64,000 bases of DNA from Promethearchaeota archaeon (GCA_016840165.1 JAEOSU010000048.1:1-64000), one strand, 5' to 3'; numbered from the stretch's first letter, positions 37,950 to 48,807 are shown. Translations and numbers: made by a program. Notes: generated by a model from the letters alone, not told the origin.

Positions 37950-38157
37950 TATATTTTAAGCACCTAAATTGCTTTAATTATAAAGAAATAATGCCATATT
38001 AAAAGGATTAAGGAATAATCTTTCCCATATTAATTGATAAAAATGTCCTTATATGATTTTCCAATATTTCAAATTATCTCAAGAAAGAAGAGATAGGTTT
38101 ATAATATTATTTAATTCCTTTATTATTATTAACAAAAAATGACGAGTAATTAGAATT

Positions 38158-40116
38158 TTGACTCATTTAAATCGTTCTAAAAAAAAAGCAATTAAATTAA
38201 TTCTATTTTCTTTAATACTAATTTTATTATTAAATTTTAACCAACATGTTATCATTCAAGATAATGTCAGTATCGAAAAACTTTTAAGTTCTGATAATGA
38301 GTTCACCCCTAAAGGGATAAGATTAACGGCAACAGAGGCACCTAATGAATCAATTATAATATCCTGGTATACTGAAAGTCAAGCTTCTGATCCAGAAGTA
38401 GTGTACTCAAAAGATAGTTTATTAGGGGATAATTTAACAGAACCGGCTTTAGTAAATGGTGTTGATGGTACTTATATTTATAATGTTTATTTATCTGATC
38501 TGGATGCAAATACCACCTATTTTTATCAAGTCTATTCTAGTTCGTCTGACTATAGAGAGATTTTAAATTTTACAACAGCTTCGAATAGAACAGTAAGTAA
38601 GCTGAAATTTATGTTCTTTGGAGATTCACGTACACAAAGAGAGCAAAGGAGTGAGCTTGTGGAGCAGGCTATGGAGAATTTTGATGATATTGATTTTTTC
38701 ATTCATACTGGTGATATAGTTGAAGATGGTACTATTCAGAGTCAATGGAATGCCTACTTCGATGATATAGAACCTTTAAGTAGAAAGGCTCTTGGATATT
38801 TTATTGAGGGAAATCATGAAAAATTAGATGGAAATATGTATGAAAATATCTTATTACCCTCAAATGGAATTAATTCTTATTACTATTCATTTAACATAGG
38901 TCCAGTCAATTTTATAGGTTTAAATACTGAACGCGACAGAACCATTCAAACAAGTTGGTTAGAAACAGAGCTCCAAAAGGCTCAGCAAGATAATGATACA
39001 TTATGGAAATGCGTTTATATGCATCAACCAATTTTTAATTCTATGCCAAATCGTCAAGATTTAAATGATTTAATCTCTGAGTGGTGCCCTCTCTTCGAAA
39101 AATACGACGTTGATCTTGTATTTGCAGGACATAACCATTATTATGAAAGAAGTTATCCTATGAGTCGATTTAAATTTTTTGACAGTTCAAGTTCCTATGA
39201 ATTTGAAAATCCATCAAATCCTATGTATGTAATAACGGGGGGTGCTGGAGCACCATTATATGAATTAGCCGCTAGTCCAGATTATGCTCCTTTCTATAAT
39301 AGCACCTATCATTTCGTAATTGTTGACGTAAATGTGGATGATATTAATGAGAAAACTAGCCTGAATTTCGAGACATGGGCTATGCCGGATGACTATAGTA
39401 ATATTTATTTAATTGATAATATGACGATAATAAAAAGAGGAGCAGAAGTTAATATTCATAAACCCGTAGATTATAACTTATATGGTAAAGACTCACCCGA
39501 ATTTAATGTAACTATTGATCAATTTAAATTAAAACCCGATTGGTTTACTTTAAATAGTACATGGTATAAAATCAATGAATCTTCAACTAATTATTTATAC
39601 ACTGGTTCCACTGGCAAAATCGATCAAGATGCTTGGGAATTAATAGAGAATGGGACTGCAATTATCTCATTTTGGGCTAATGATTCTTTAGGTAACCATT
39701 ATTCCTCAGAACTTACACTTAGAAAAGACATTATTGCCCCAAATTTAACTTTAGAATATCCTGAATCAAGATTGCAATTTGGTAAAGAATCTCCAAATTT
39801 CATTATTATTGTTAATGAATTTAATTTAGATAAAATATGGTATACGATTAATATAAGTAATGAGAAATATTTCTTCACGAGCAATTCAAGTATTGAACAA
39901 AGTTTATGGAGTAATTTACCCGATGGAAGTTATAGAATTAGTTTTTTTGCTAACGATACCATGAATAATACTGCACATATAGACGTAATAATCGAGAAAA
40001 GAGAATCTATTGCTTCAGAACCTGAGTCTGATTTTATTTTTACAATAATATACTATAGTGTTTTTTCTCTTATACTTATATTAGCAGTTCTTAATATGTT
40101 TAGAAAGAAAAAATAA
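38158..40116 (+). CDS. Cell-surface purple-acid-phosphatase-like metallophosphoesterase (FN3 + catalytic + Ig-like repeats + TM)
   Basis: GDSR, HTGD, GNHE, GHNH motifs; two repeats ending W.....G...I.F.AND..(G/N)N; C-terminal TM plus RKKK. Confidence 0.87.
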   Translation: MTHLNRSKKKAIKLILFSLILILLLNFNQHVIIQDNVSIEKLLSSDNEFTPKGIRLTATEAPNESIIISWYTESQASDPEVVYSKDSLLGDNLTEPALVNGVDGTYIYNVYLSDLDANTTYFYQVYSSSSDYREILNFTTASNRTVSKLKFMFFGDSRTQREQRSELVEQAMENFDDIDFFIHTGDIVEDGTIQSQWNAYFDDIEPLSRKALGYFIEGNHEKLDGNMYENILLPSNGINSYYYSFNIGPVNFIGLNTERDRTIQTSWLETELQKAQQDNDTLWKCVYMHQPIFNSMPNRQDLNDLISEWCPLFEKYDVDLVFAGHNHYYERSYPMSRFKFFDSSSSYEFENPSNPMYVITGGAGAPLYELAASPDYAPFYNSTYHFVIVDVNVDDINEKTSLNFETWAMPDDYSNIYLIDNMTIIKRGAEVNIHKPVDYNLYGKDSPEFNVTIDQFKLKPDWFTLNSTWYKINESSTNYLYTGSTGKIDQDAWELIENGTAIISFWANDSLGNHYSSELTLRKDIIAPNLTLEYPESRLQFGKESPNFIIIVNEFNLDKIWYTINISNEKYFFTSNSSIEQSLWSNLPDGSYRISFFANDTMNNTAHIDVIIEKRESIASEPESDFIFTIIYYSVFSLILILAVLNMFRKKK

Positions 40117-40358
40117 TTGGGAAGTATCTCTGATTTATCTTTCCAATTTTATTAATTAAATAAAGATCTATCAATAATAATCGTATAGTTAAGGAAAACT
40201 TAACATTAAAAATAAAGAGTATTATATTATTCCATATAACTAAGATAAAATTATTATAGATTTTAAAATATAATAAAAATAATAAAAAGAAATTCGTGTT
40301 AATTAAATTTTAAAATGAATTTCATTGAAAATATAAAGAGATAAGTGGAGAAGAACTT

Positions 40359-42614
40359 ATGAGTTTAAAAGAATACACCAAAGAAATATTCACGAGATAT
40401 GGTTTTACTGAAGAGCAGATTTTAGTCTATTTAGTATATCTAAGAGTGCCAAGGGCGACTTCATCAGAAGTATACCTTCATTTAATGGAAGATCATGAAG
40501 AGTTGACTTATGAAAAAGTACTAGAAATTACCGATTGGCTGGTGGAAAAAGGTTTTCTTAAGAAAATCCCTGGTATTGTGGATCGATTTATACCTTTAGA
40601 GCCATTCTTTGAATTATATACCAGTGAATCTGAAATTTTTCGCAATGAAATTGCCAAAATTAAAGATACGATATTGGCAGATCAATCAAAACGTTTTGAA
40701 AAGCTAGAGTCTATTCAAGATAAGAGTATAGATGAGGTGTCAGTTGCCGTTGATAGTCAGTTAAAATCATTTTTTGAAGATTCTGACACAAAAAGCAATA
40801 ATAAACGAGATAGAATTAGTAATGCTAGAAATCGGTTTACAGACACCGCAAAAACCTTAGAAGAAAATCTTCATAAGATCTCTGATACTATGAATTCCGA
40901 TTTGAAACAATATAATGATACACAAGTTAAGGAAAATGAATCGACTATAATGAAGACCAAGGAAGACTTAACCAATCTTATCGCTGAACTTTTAAATGAT
41001 TTTTCCAAACGTGTTGAAGATTTAGAAAAGGAATTAAAAAATGAACTGGATGAGCATGTAGAGCGACATAAAAATATCTCCAATGATTTAAAACCGAGAA
41101 TGGAACAAATCTTAGAGAAGTATTTAGAAAGAATGGATAAAATCATAACTGACCTAAAAGAAAGGATTTCAAACCTTTTAAAAGAACATTTAACCCATCT
41201 TAAACATACTACAGATACTTTACAGACCAATCTGAAATCTGTCGTTGATGATAGACATCGATTATTAACTGATCAATCCAACGAGTTCAAAACGATGACT
41301 CTCACTTTAATTGACAACCTCTTAGAGCATGCGAATCGTTTTACTGATTTCTCAGCCGATATGGCTAAGAAAGGGTTCTTCTGGTTAGGTAAGAAGAAAA
41401 AGTATAAAGCACGACACGAAACCACTATTCAAAACATCTTGAAATATACTGAACCTATGAAAGAGGACTTTATCAAAGTCACAGAAGAATACATTAGCAA
41501 TACACGAAATACTGCTGATAGTTTGAAGGGAGAGGTGACTGATATTATGAACAAGGAGAATGATAATGTAGTGACCGAAACGAATGAATTAGATAACAAA
41601 GCACAAGAAACTATTAACGTGCAATTGGAAACTTTAGCAACAGATATGGCAGGAGAAATCGATACCACCCTACAGAGTGGCGTAAAAGATTGTTCCGATA
41701 CAACCATCAAATTAAAAGATTCTTTAGAAACATCCCTAAAGCAACATCACAGGGAGTATGGAGATGCAATCAATACACATAAAGAAGCAAGTCTTAAGCA
41801 TTATACTGAATTTGATAATGATGTAAAGCGTTTCAATGAAAATTGGACACGTGAAGTTGATAATAAGTTTATGGGGGGCAAACGAGATGCAACCGAGAAA
41901 ATAACCTCAGAGATTAGTCTTTTTGGTGATGAAACTGCCGATTTGGACAGAAATCTCACTGAAATGCTCAGCGATCATAAGTCAAAATATGAGGAAAATG
42001 CAAAAACCCTTCAGAATAGCTTATCTAATACTACCCGCGATACCACCCAAAATATTAAGGATGCAATTGCTGATTTTACGCTTCAGTTCATGAATTCTAT
42101 CGACGATTCGACCGAGTTAGCTGAAAATAACGAGGAAAAATTAAAAGATATCTATAATGCCGCATCAAGTATCCCAGAAATTAGTGAAATTACCACTTGG
42201 CAGATTATTGGTAGAGATGCATTAGTTGCAGCTATTAAGGATGCGATTTTCCGCGTTAAATCTTCAATAATCATAGTTATGCCTGTTGTGATTCCAGAAG
42301 TTCTACAAGTTATAAGTGAATATGCGTACCAAAAGAAAGCAGTACGATTCCTTTTAACAGCTTCATGGGAAATGGGCCAATATGGTCCTATTATCCAAAA
42401 GATGATGCAACTTGGCAATATTCAATTTCGACAGTTATCAACGAAAGGTGAATTTTTTGCGCTCACAAGAGATGCTGAGGAAGTTATTATTGGTCCTCAC
42501 ACTACAAATGAAAAAGAGATGATTAGTGTAATCTCTAATCAAGAAGCTTACGCAAAGTTATACAGCCAATTTATAGGTCCTATCTTTCAAGCTAACTCAA
42601 GACCTATTAAATAA
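40359..42614 (+). CDS. TrmB-like protein: N-terminal winged HTH, about 500-aa coiled coil, C-terminal PLD-like domain
   Basis: YGFTEEQILVYL..L...AT..EV...LVEKGF; long helical middle; WQIIGRD....I...I......I.I..P ... RD.EE..I. Confidence 0.7.
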   Translation: MSLKEYTKEIFTRYGFTEEQILVYLVYLRVPRATSSEVYLHLMEDHEELTYEKVLEITDWLVEKGFLKKIPGIVDRFIPLEPFFELYTSESEIFRNEIAKIKDTILADQSKRFEKLESIQDKSIDEVSVAVDSQLKSFFEDSDTKSNNKRDRISNARNRFTDTAKTLEENLHKISDTMNSDLKQYNDTQVKENESTIMKTKEDLTNLIAELLNDFSKRVEDLEKELKNELDEHVERHKNISNDLKPRMEQILEKYLERMDKIITDLKERISNLLKEHLTHLKHTTDTLQTNLKSVVDDRHRLLTDQSNEFKTMTLTLIDNLLEHANRFTDFSADMAKKGFFWLGKKKKYKARHETTIQNILKYTEPMKEDFIKVTEEYISNTRNTADSLKGEVTDIMNKENDNVVTETNELDNKAQETINVQLETLATDMAGEIDTTLQSGVKDCSDTTIKLKDSLETSLKQHHREYGDAINTHKEASLKHYTEFDNDVKRFNENWTREVDNKFMGGKRDATEKITSEISLFGDETADLDRNLTEMLSDHKSKYEENAKTLQNSLSNTTRDTTQNIKDAIADFTLQFMNSIDDSTELAENNEEKLKDIYNAASSIPEISEITTWQIIGRDALVAAIKDAIFRVKSSIIIVMPVVIPEVLQVISEYAYQKKAVRFLLTASWEMGQYGPIIQKMMQLGNIQFRQLSTKGEFFALTRDAEEVIIGPHTTNEKEMISVISNQEAYAKLYSQFIGPIFQANSRPIK

Positions 42615-42730
42615 TAATATATTAACAGAATACGCATTTTAGTTAAATTATTTTCTTTTTTCTTTTTTTCACATCAAAATTTAAATAATATCTTAATTAA
42701 TAACTATTAATTACAAATCATTGTGATTTT

Positions 42731-43456
42731 ATGGCTTTAACTCCGATTGAGATATTACATAGCAGTTTTAGTTTAGTTGCTGTTTTAATTTCCATTCTAA
42801 TCGGGCTGATAATTATTTCAAAGTACTTTAAGATTAGGCAACGTAACATCCTCCTTATCGGAATTTTTTGGACGGGTTTAACATTTCCGTGGCTCCCAAC
42901 AGTCATTACTTTCATTATGATGCTCACTGTGGGATATGGTCTAACAGTAGAGGGATTTATTCTTATAGGAATTATGATCCTTCCAATAACGGTTTTGTGT
43001 GGATTAACGGCATTTACCAGCTTATTAGGCATAAGAAAACCAAAAAGAAGAGTGATTTTATTATCTGTTTTAGTCTTTAATTTAATTTTTGAGGGTTTAA
43101 TATTCTATTTTCTCTTTACTGATGTAAGTGTTATTGCTACTTTAGAAGATGTATTGATTATTGAATGGAGTGTATTTAGTCAGATTTACTTTATAATTAA
43201 TTTAGTATTATTTTTAGTGACCGGAATACTTTTTTCGAGAAAGTCGCTACAATCAGAAAGCAGAGAAATTAGATTTAAAGGCAAGCTCCTGATGGCTGCC
43301 TTTATCTCATTTACGATTGGGACTGTACTAGATTTTGCGATACCCAATCCTTTGACTTACATTGTTGCGCGATTAATTTTATTATCTAGTTCTATTGAGT
43401 TTTATATTGGTTTTCTTTTACCTGAAAGGATTAAACGACTATTATTTAAAGAATAA
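42731..43456 (+). CDS. 7-TM membrane protein of unknown function
   Basis: Seven hydrophobic segments, no soluble domain. Confidence 0.75.
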   Translation: MALTPIEILHSSFSLVAVLISILIGLIIISKYFKIRQRNILLIGIFWTGLTFPWLPTVITFIMMLTVGYGLTVEGFILIGIMILPITVLCGLTAFTSLLGIRKPKRRVILLSVLVFNLIFEGLIFYFLFTDVSVIATLEDVLIIEWSVFSQIYFIINLVLFLVTGILFSRKSLQSESREIRFKGKLLMAAFISFTIGTVLDFAIPNPLTYIVARLILLSSSIEFYIGFLLPERIKRLLFKE

Positions 43457-43533
43457 AATAGATTTTCTTTCCTTTTTTTTAATTTTTAATAAAATGAGAA
43501 ATAGGGACTAATATATCGATATTTTAGATAGTA

Positions 43534-44820
43534 TTAATCCCATGTAGCCTTCTTTATACTTTCATCATCGTCCTCTTCATGGATTCTCTTCAAATTAATG
43601 TCAGAATATCCTGGAATAATATTAAGTAATCTTCTCATCGCGTTTTCTACATCTTTAGCAGAGGCAATAAATCTACCAACTATTAATATATCAGCACCCA
43701 TATCTAACGCGTATTTTGCGCTTTCTGGCTCAATTCCACCAGCCACAGCAACTAATACACGATCTCTTCCTGATACTAATTTTTGATCAGCAAATGCAGC
43801 TTTAATTTTAGGCACTAATGCCCATCTTGCCTTCTGAGCCGCATCAGGTGACTGTGCTGCATCAGGTGCCTGTTCTACATCAATTGCTCTATGTAAAATA
43901 ACCACATCGGGTACTTCTCTTAATGATTTCATCTTCGCAATGGGATCGGGGACTTCCATGGTATCGACAAAGCCATAGATTCCAAGACGACGCGCTTCCA
44001 AGAGAAATTTATCGATTGAAGATGAGGAGGCGAGTCCTGAACAAACTACAGCATCAGCAGTTGCATCAAAAGAGAAATCAACTTCTAATTTACCTACATC
44101 CAATGTTTTTAAATCAGCAACGATGAATTTTTCAGGAGCAACTTCTCTAATCTGTTTGATTGCTTCTACGCCATATTTTTTGAGAAAAGGAGTTCCTGCT
44201 TCTAATATGATTCTATCACTTTTTGGTAAGTCTCTAACGACTTTTAGTTGTTTTTGCATATTTGGTGCATCTAAGGCTAATTGAACATAAGGAGGGCGGA
44301 ATAATCTCGGAACGCGCATAGCAGCTACAGGATGTTTAGCTCGATCTTTATCATAAAAGATTTTCTCAATTGGAGGATAAGATTTTAATGCTCTTTGAAG
44401 AGCTAATTTTGTTGCTCCATAATTATATTGAAAGATTTTTCTATAATCCGTCGCTTCAGGGTGAATAAAAACACTCACAATTATAAGCCAATCATCAATC
44501 TTATTTAAAGGAATAATACCCTCTTCTACGGCATCTGCCACTCCTTTTGCAACCGCAGCTTGAGCAGGACCAAATATCTTATTCGCATCCTCCATCTTAG
44601 CAACTGTGACTTTAGGGATAATAAGGGTATATGGTTTTGGCAACAAATTTGGTCTAATGCATGCTAATAATCCTCCATGACCCATACTCGGCGCACTGAT
44701 AGCGTTTGCAAATGAGACTCCAATAGGACCATCTTTTGAACCCAAAACTACATCAACATGGGCGAGATTTGGTGCTTCTCCAATTAAAGCCTCTCCGACA
44801 TAATATTCTACTTTAGCCAT
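43534..44820 (-). CDS. fae-hps: Bifunctional formaldehyde-activating enzyme / 3-hexulose-6-phosphate synthase
   Basis: GEALIG...AHVD, FGPAQAAVAKGVADAV, YNYGATK (Fae); QLALD, EAGTP, ADLKTLD.G, LHRAID, VAGG, VGR (Hps). Confidence 0.93.
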   Translation of the reverse strand: MAKVEYYVGEALIGEAPNLAHVDVVLGSKDGPIGVSFANAISAPSMGHGGLLACIRPNLLPKPYTLIIPKVTVAKMEDANKIFGPAQAAVAKGVADAVEEGIIPLNKIDDWLIIVSVFIHPEATDYRKIFQYNYGATKLALQRALKSYPPIEKIFYDKDRAKHPVAAMRVPRLFRPPYVQLALDAPNMQKQLKVVRDLPKSDRIILEAGTPFLKKYGVEAIKQIREVAPEKFIVADLKTLDVGKLEVDFSFDATADAVVCSGLASSSSIDKFLLEARRLGIYGFVDTMEVPDPIAKMKSLREVPDVVILHRAIDVEQAPDAAQSPDAAQKARWALVPKIKAAFADQKLVSGRDRVLVAVAGGIEPESAKYALDMGADILIVGRFIASAKDVENAMRRLLNIIPGYSDINLKRIHEEDDDESIKKATWD

Positions 44821-45036
44821 AATTTATACAAAGCTTTTTAATTATTTATATTAATATATTTTACAGATAATATTTTTAAATTGTTAAGTACATTAAATTA
44901 GAGTTAATTCTCTCTTAATAAAATTATCTAATTAAGACAAAGCAATAATTTTATAATCTTTATATTAAATATTCGTGGAATGGGACTAAAGTAAATTATA
45001 TATAGTTGAATTTTTATGTGATAATAGGATTCAATA

Positions 45037-45360
45037 GTGAGAGGTGGAATATACATTATTGGAGTGACTTCAAAAGGAAAGTACCCAAAAGAACCCAGAA
45101 ATGGGAATTATTTGGTAATTTGTAGAAAAGATTTTATTGATTTCAAGGAACGAGATAATAAATCTATACTTGAATATTTAAGTACACTAGTTGCCAATTA
45201 TGAAAAAAGAGGGTTAAATCCAGATAGGATAAAAATACAAAAGAAGAATTTAGAACAGATTAAGGAATTAATTGATCAAGGAAATGAAAAAGTAGCCTTT
45301 CGAAATTTTATGAGAACTTTTCCTTCGTGCTTACCATACAGAGATAAAGGATTTAGATGA
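45037..45360 (+). CDS. Hypothetical protein (107 aa)
   Basis: ORF fills the intergenic space; no motif. Confidence 0.5.
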   Translation: MRGGIYIIGVTSKGKYPKEPRNGNYLVICRKDFIDFKERDNKSILEYLSTLVANYEKRGLNPDRIKIQKKNLEQIKELIDQGNEKVAFRNFMRTFPSCLPYRDKGFR

Positions 45361-45404
45361 TCAATGAATTGCCAAGAAAGTTAGAATAATTAATTATTAA
45401 AAAT

Positions 45405-46766
45405 TTAATCTGTAGAGTGAAATTTCTCCAATTCTTTTGCGATTTTAAACATTGCAATTAATTGCTGGAGATTAAGATCAGGAGTTTCAAAAATGATGTG
45501 TTGGCAATCAAATTTTGAGAAATCCTTTTCAATAATTTTAATTTGATACTTCTCTTGATTTTCCCATAATTTAGATCCAGGATAAGGAGTGGCAGCAAAG
45601 TATTCAAGCTTGTCCTCATGAGTTAAAGGTAATTTTCTTATATAATTTACTGTTTCTTGAAATGTGGATTCATTCTCTCCAGGTAATCCTAAAACAAAGT
45701 AGCATTGAACTGCTATACCATGTTTCTTAAGATTTTTTAATCCATTTAAAACCTGTGTAGGATCTTGGTACTTAAAATTGGCATATAGCACTTCCTGACT
45801 AGCAGATTCAATCCCCGTGGCGACAAGTTTACAGCCAGCCTCTTTCAATAGTTTGGCATCATAGTCTTTTATCGAATCTACCCTTAATTCACATCCCCAT
45901 GGTATAGTAATCTGATTTGTAATAAACATATTGCAGAAGTTATGTAAAAATCCTTTGTTAATATTGATATTATCATAAAAATTAATATATTCATAATTTT
46001 GGAGTGAAATTATATCCCTGATTTCTGAGAGAATAGAGGAAATATTGCGAATTCTTACTTTCTGAAAAAGACTTTGCCTTGAGCAAAAGGAACATTCATT
46101 TGGGCAGCCTCGGTTGATGATAACATTTGCTACTTTATAATAATAGTTAGGTTGTGATAATTTATAACGAGCAGGAAGCGGTTGATCCTCCAAATTAACA
46201 ATTTCAGGATATCCCGTAAAATATACCTTTCCTTTAGATGTTTTGTAGGCTAGTCCTCTTATTAATTGTACTTTGTTAATGAAATCCTTATGATCTATTA
46301 ACTTTTTTTGTAATTGCATTAATAGCTCTGATAATTGTATAAATGATATTTCCGATTCTCCTACACAAATAAAATCTATAATTGATTCTGTCATAAAAAT
46401 TGTATCATATAAGAAAGAAACATGTGGTCCTCCAAAAACAATAACAGCACTAGGATTATATCTTTTAATAAATTTTGCGATATTTATTGAATATTTATAA
46501 GTATTAGTAAGACAAGTTATCCCGAAAAGATTATATTTCTTGGATATTTCCTTAAAAATTGATTCTAATTCATCAATCGATAGATCAAAATATTGTTCTA
46601 GATCTAAAACGTCAACATCCATATTATAACGCTCTAACAGAGCGGTTAAATATAAAAGTCCTAAACTTGGTTCTCTGAAATATTCTGACTGAAACTCGGA
46701 AGGTTTTGTGGTTTTAGGATTTATTAAAAGAATCATTTCCTTATTAAAACTATTCTGTTTTATCAC
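45405..46766 (-). CDS. Cobalamin-binding radical SAM protein
   Basis: PSLGLLYL, GGPH, GESE, RGCPNECSFC, GIES, GLPGE, PYPGS. Confidence 0.92.
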   Translation of the reverse strand: MIKQNSFNKEMILLINPKTTKPSEFQSEYFREPSLGLLYLTALLERYNMDVDVLDLEQYFDLSIDELESIFKEISKKYNLFGITCLTNTYKYSINIAKFIKRYNPSAVIVFGGPHVSFLYDTIFMTESIIDFICVGESEISFIQLSELLMQLQKKLIDHKDFINKVQLIRGLAYKTSKGKVYFTGYPEIVNLEDQPLPARYKLSQPNYYYKVANVIINRGCPNECSFCSRQSLFQKVRIRNISSILSEIRDIISLQNYEYINFYDNININKGFLHNFCNMFITNQITIPWGCELRVDSIKDYDAKLLKEAGCKLVATGIESASQEVLYANFKYQDPTQVLNGLKNLKKHGIAVQCYFVLGLPGENESTFQETVNYIRKLPLTHEDKLEYFAATPYPGSKLWENQEKYQIKIIEKDFSKFDCQHIIFETPDLNLQQLIAMFKIAKELEKFHSTD

Positions 46767-47562
46767 TTTCAGTTAAGTTTTCAGAGGGCAGTGATTCAGG
46801 AATTTTAAAAGCTTCAAAAAGAGAATCAAGATTACCGGATTTATTATACTTCTCTTCGGGAATTGTAGGAATCTTAAGTCTTAATGTTTTAACCGCTTCA
46901 TGCTCCTTAACAAATAATTCTACCCCTTGTAATGATTTATCCCTCACTACGATTCGTATTGAATAATTGCGGTCGTTGAAGAATGTAAATCCATTATTTA
47001 ATCTTCCCATCTTTACGGGTTCAATACTAACTTTCTCTTCTTTTAAAAATGATTTAGGGATTTCCTCTTCTGAATAAATATTTCCTCCTAAAATAAGAAA
47101 TACTCTATTGAGATGTTCAGGAATGGGATATTCTTTTGTATTTTCTAGTACTTTATTTAAGTGTGGGCTTTTAATAGCAATGGTTCCTACAGTAGAGTCT
47201 TCGGAAGGTTTCTCAAACGCATCTTTATCAATTGTTTGTGCTCTTCCAGGCCCTAAGGGTTTATCTAAAATTTCTTGAAATTCCTTATCCTCTTCAGAAT
47301 AGATATTTAGAGGATAAATTCTGTAAAACATTCGTAACTGTTTTCTAAGCTTATCTGCTAGAATTCCACCGAAAATCTGGAGTTTAAGTGAACTATATGG
47401 TCCGTTATAGGTCCAAATTTTTTTTGTATCGTGATCGACAAGGAGAAAGACTTTATGATTATTTAAAGGATTGATTTTATCGCGTACAAACTCCCCATCT
47501 GATGCATCTACCGTTAAGAAGTAAGGAAATTCTCTTACTTCGATAACTTCAAAAATTTGCAT
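46750..47562 (-). CDS. Gelsolin-like domain protein
   Basis: VFLLVDHDTKKIWTYNG..SS......G...A..L..Q matches the gelsolin repeat core; extra C-terminal domain. Confidence 0.55.
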   Translation of the reverse strand: MQIFEVIEVREFPYFLTVDASDGEFVRDKINPLNNHKVFLLVDHDTKKIWTYNGPYSSLKLQIFGGILADKLRKQLRMFYRIYPLNIYSEEDKEFQEILDKPLGPGRAQTIDKDAFEKPSEDSTVGTIAIKSPHLNKVLENTKEYPIPEHLNRVFLILGGNIYSEEEIPKSFLKEEKVSIEPVKMGRLNNGFTFFNDRNYSIRIVVRDKSLQGVELFVKEHEAVKTLRLKIPTIPEEKYNKSGNLDSLFEAFKIPESLPSENLTESDKTE

Positions 47563-47731
47563 TGAGTTAAATCCCACACTTGTGCTATACTTTTACTTAG
47601 TAATTTTCGATAAAATAAATTTTATTGTTTTTTCAATTCAATCCTAATTATTCAAAACTCCTTAAATCAATAAAATTTTTATATTTTAGGACATTCTTCA
47701 TAGTAATTCTCGTTTTGTAAGATTGATAAAC

Positions 47732-48136
47732 ATGAGTTCGGAGAAAAGAGTTTACAAGTTGAACATTTCTGGTGGAAACACTGGTCCCGGTAAAGGATTA
47801 TCCAAATTAATTGAGATCGATGAGAAAAAATTTCGATTTGAGGGTATGAAGATTGGTGATTCAATTAAAGGTGGTCTATTAGGATTTCCAAATTATGAAT
47901 TCCAAATCACTGGAGGATCAGACGCTAGTGGATTTCCTATGAGGAAGGATGTCCACGGTCCTGTGAAAAAGAAAATTTTGGTCTCCAAAAGAGCTATTGG
48001 CTATAAACCACGTAGAAAAGGACAGAAGAAACGTAAAACAGTAAGAGGAAATGAAATTTCCTATGATATGACGTTGATTAATCTTAAAGTCACAAAATAT
48101 GGAGAAGCGGAGTTATTTAAAGGAAAAGAAGAGTAG
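47732..48136 (+). CDS. rps6e: 30S ribosomal protein eS6
   Basis: YKLNIS, ITGGSDASGFPM, G.K.RKTVRG. Confidence 0.96.
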   Translation: MSSEKRVYKLNISGGNTGPGKGLSKLIEIDEKKFRFEGMKIGDSIKGGLLGFPNYEFQITGGSDASGFPMRKDVHGPVKKKILVSKRAIGYKPRRKGQKKRKTVRGNEISYDMTLINLKVTKYGEAELFKGKEE

Positions 48137-48152
48137 TTAGGAGGAGAGAATT

Positions 48153-48335
48153 ATGGTAAAAGTAAAAAAATGCTCATTCTGCGGATATGATATACCAATC
48201 GGTAAGGGACACATGTTTATTAAGAAAGATGGAACTATTCTTAATTTTTGTACTCCTAAGTGTAGAAAGGCAATGCTGGTTGCGAAAAAGAATCCACGAA
48301 AAACACGTTGGACTATATATTACGGGAAACAGTAG
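48153..48335 (+). CDS. rpl24e: 50S ribosomal protein eL24
   Basis: CSFCG..I..G.G.M....DG....FC..KC, PRK..WT. Confidence 0.96.
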   Translation: MVKVKKCSFCGYDIPIGKGHMFIKKDGTILNFCTPKCRKAMLVAKKNPRKTRWTIYYGKQ

Positions 48336-48438
48336 AGTCTTAATATTATATTAATTGAATAGTGATTGGTTATAAATCTTAAACTTAACTTTTTGAAACC
48401 AGTAGATAAATTGATTTATTAGTTAAATGAAATTCTTT

Positions 48439-48639
48439 TTATTGTAATCGAGAGAATTTTAAAAGATCATCTAGTAAATCTACTTGAGATACAATCATTC
48501 TCTGGCAACAAAACCTCTCAATGCCCAATTTTTTGAATGCTGATTTAGCAGATTCCCCTTTTTCTATAAGCTCTAAATAAGGTTCATATATATGGGCAAT
48601 AAGTTTTCCACATGAAAAGCAGCGGATTGGAATTATCAT
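48439..48639 (-). CDS. rpoN: DNA-directed RNA polymerase subunit N (Rpo10)
   Basis: MIIPIRCFSCGK...LGI.R.CC.RM. Confidence 0.96.
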   Translation of the reverse strand: MIIPIRCFSCGKLIAHIYEPYLELIEKGESAKSAFKKLGIERFCCQRMIVSQVDLLDDLLKFSRLQ

Positions 48640-48807
48640 AATTTGTTTACTCGTGAATTTATTATTCTAATTCATACTTTTTTATAAGAACTAAAATATA
48701 CCATAGAAAAAAAAATTTTGGTTTTTACCAATTTTTTATCTGAAACATCTGGAAAGCAAAAATTTTATTTTTAATCGGATATTATTTAGTTCATTAAAAA
48801 TCGATGA

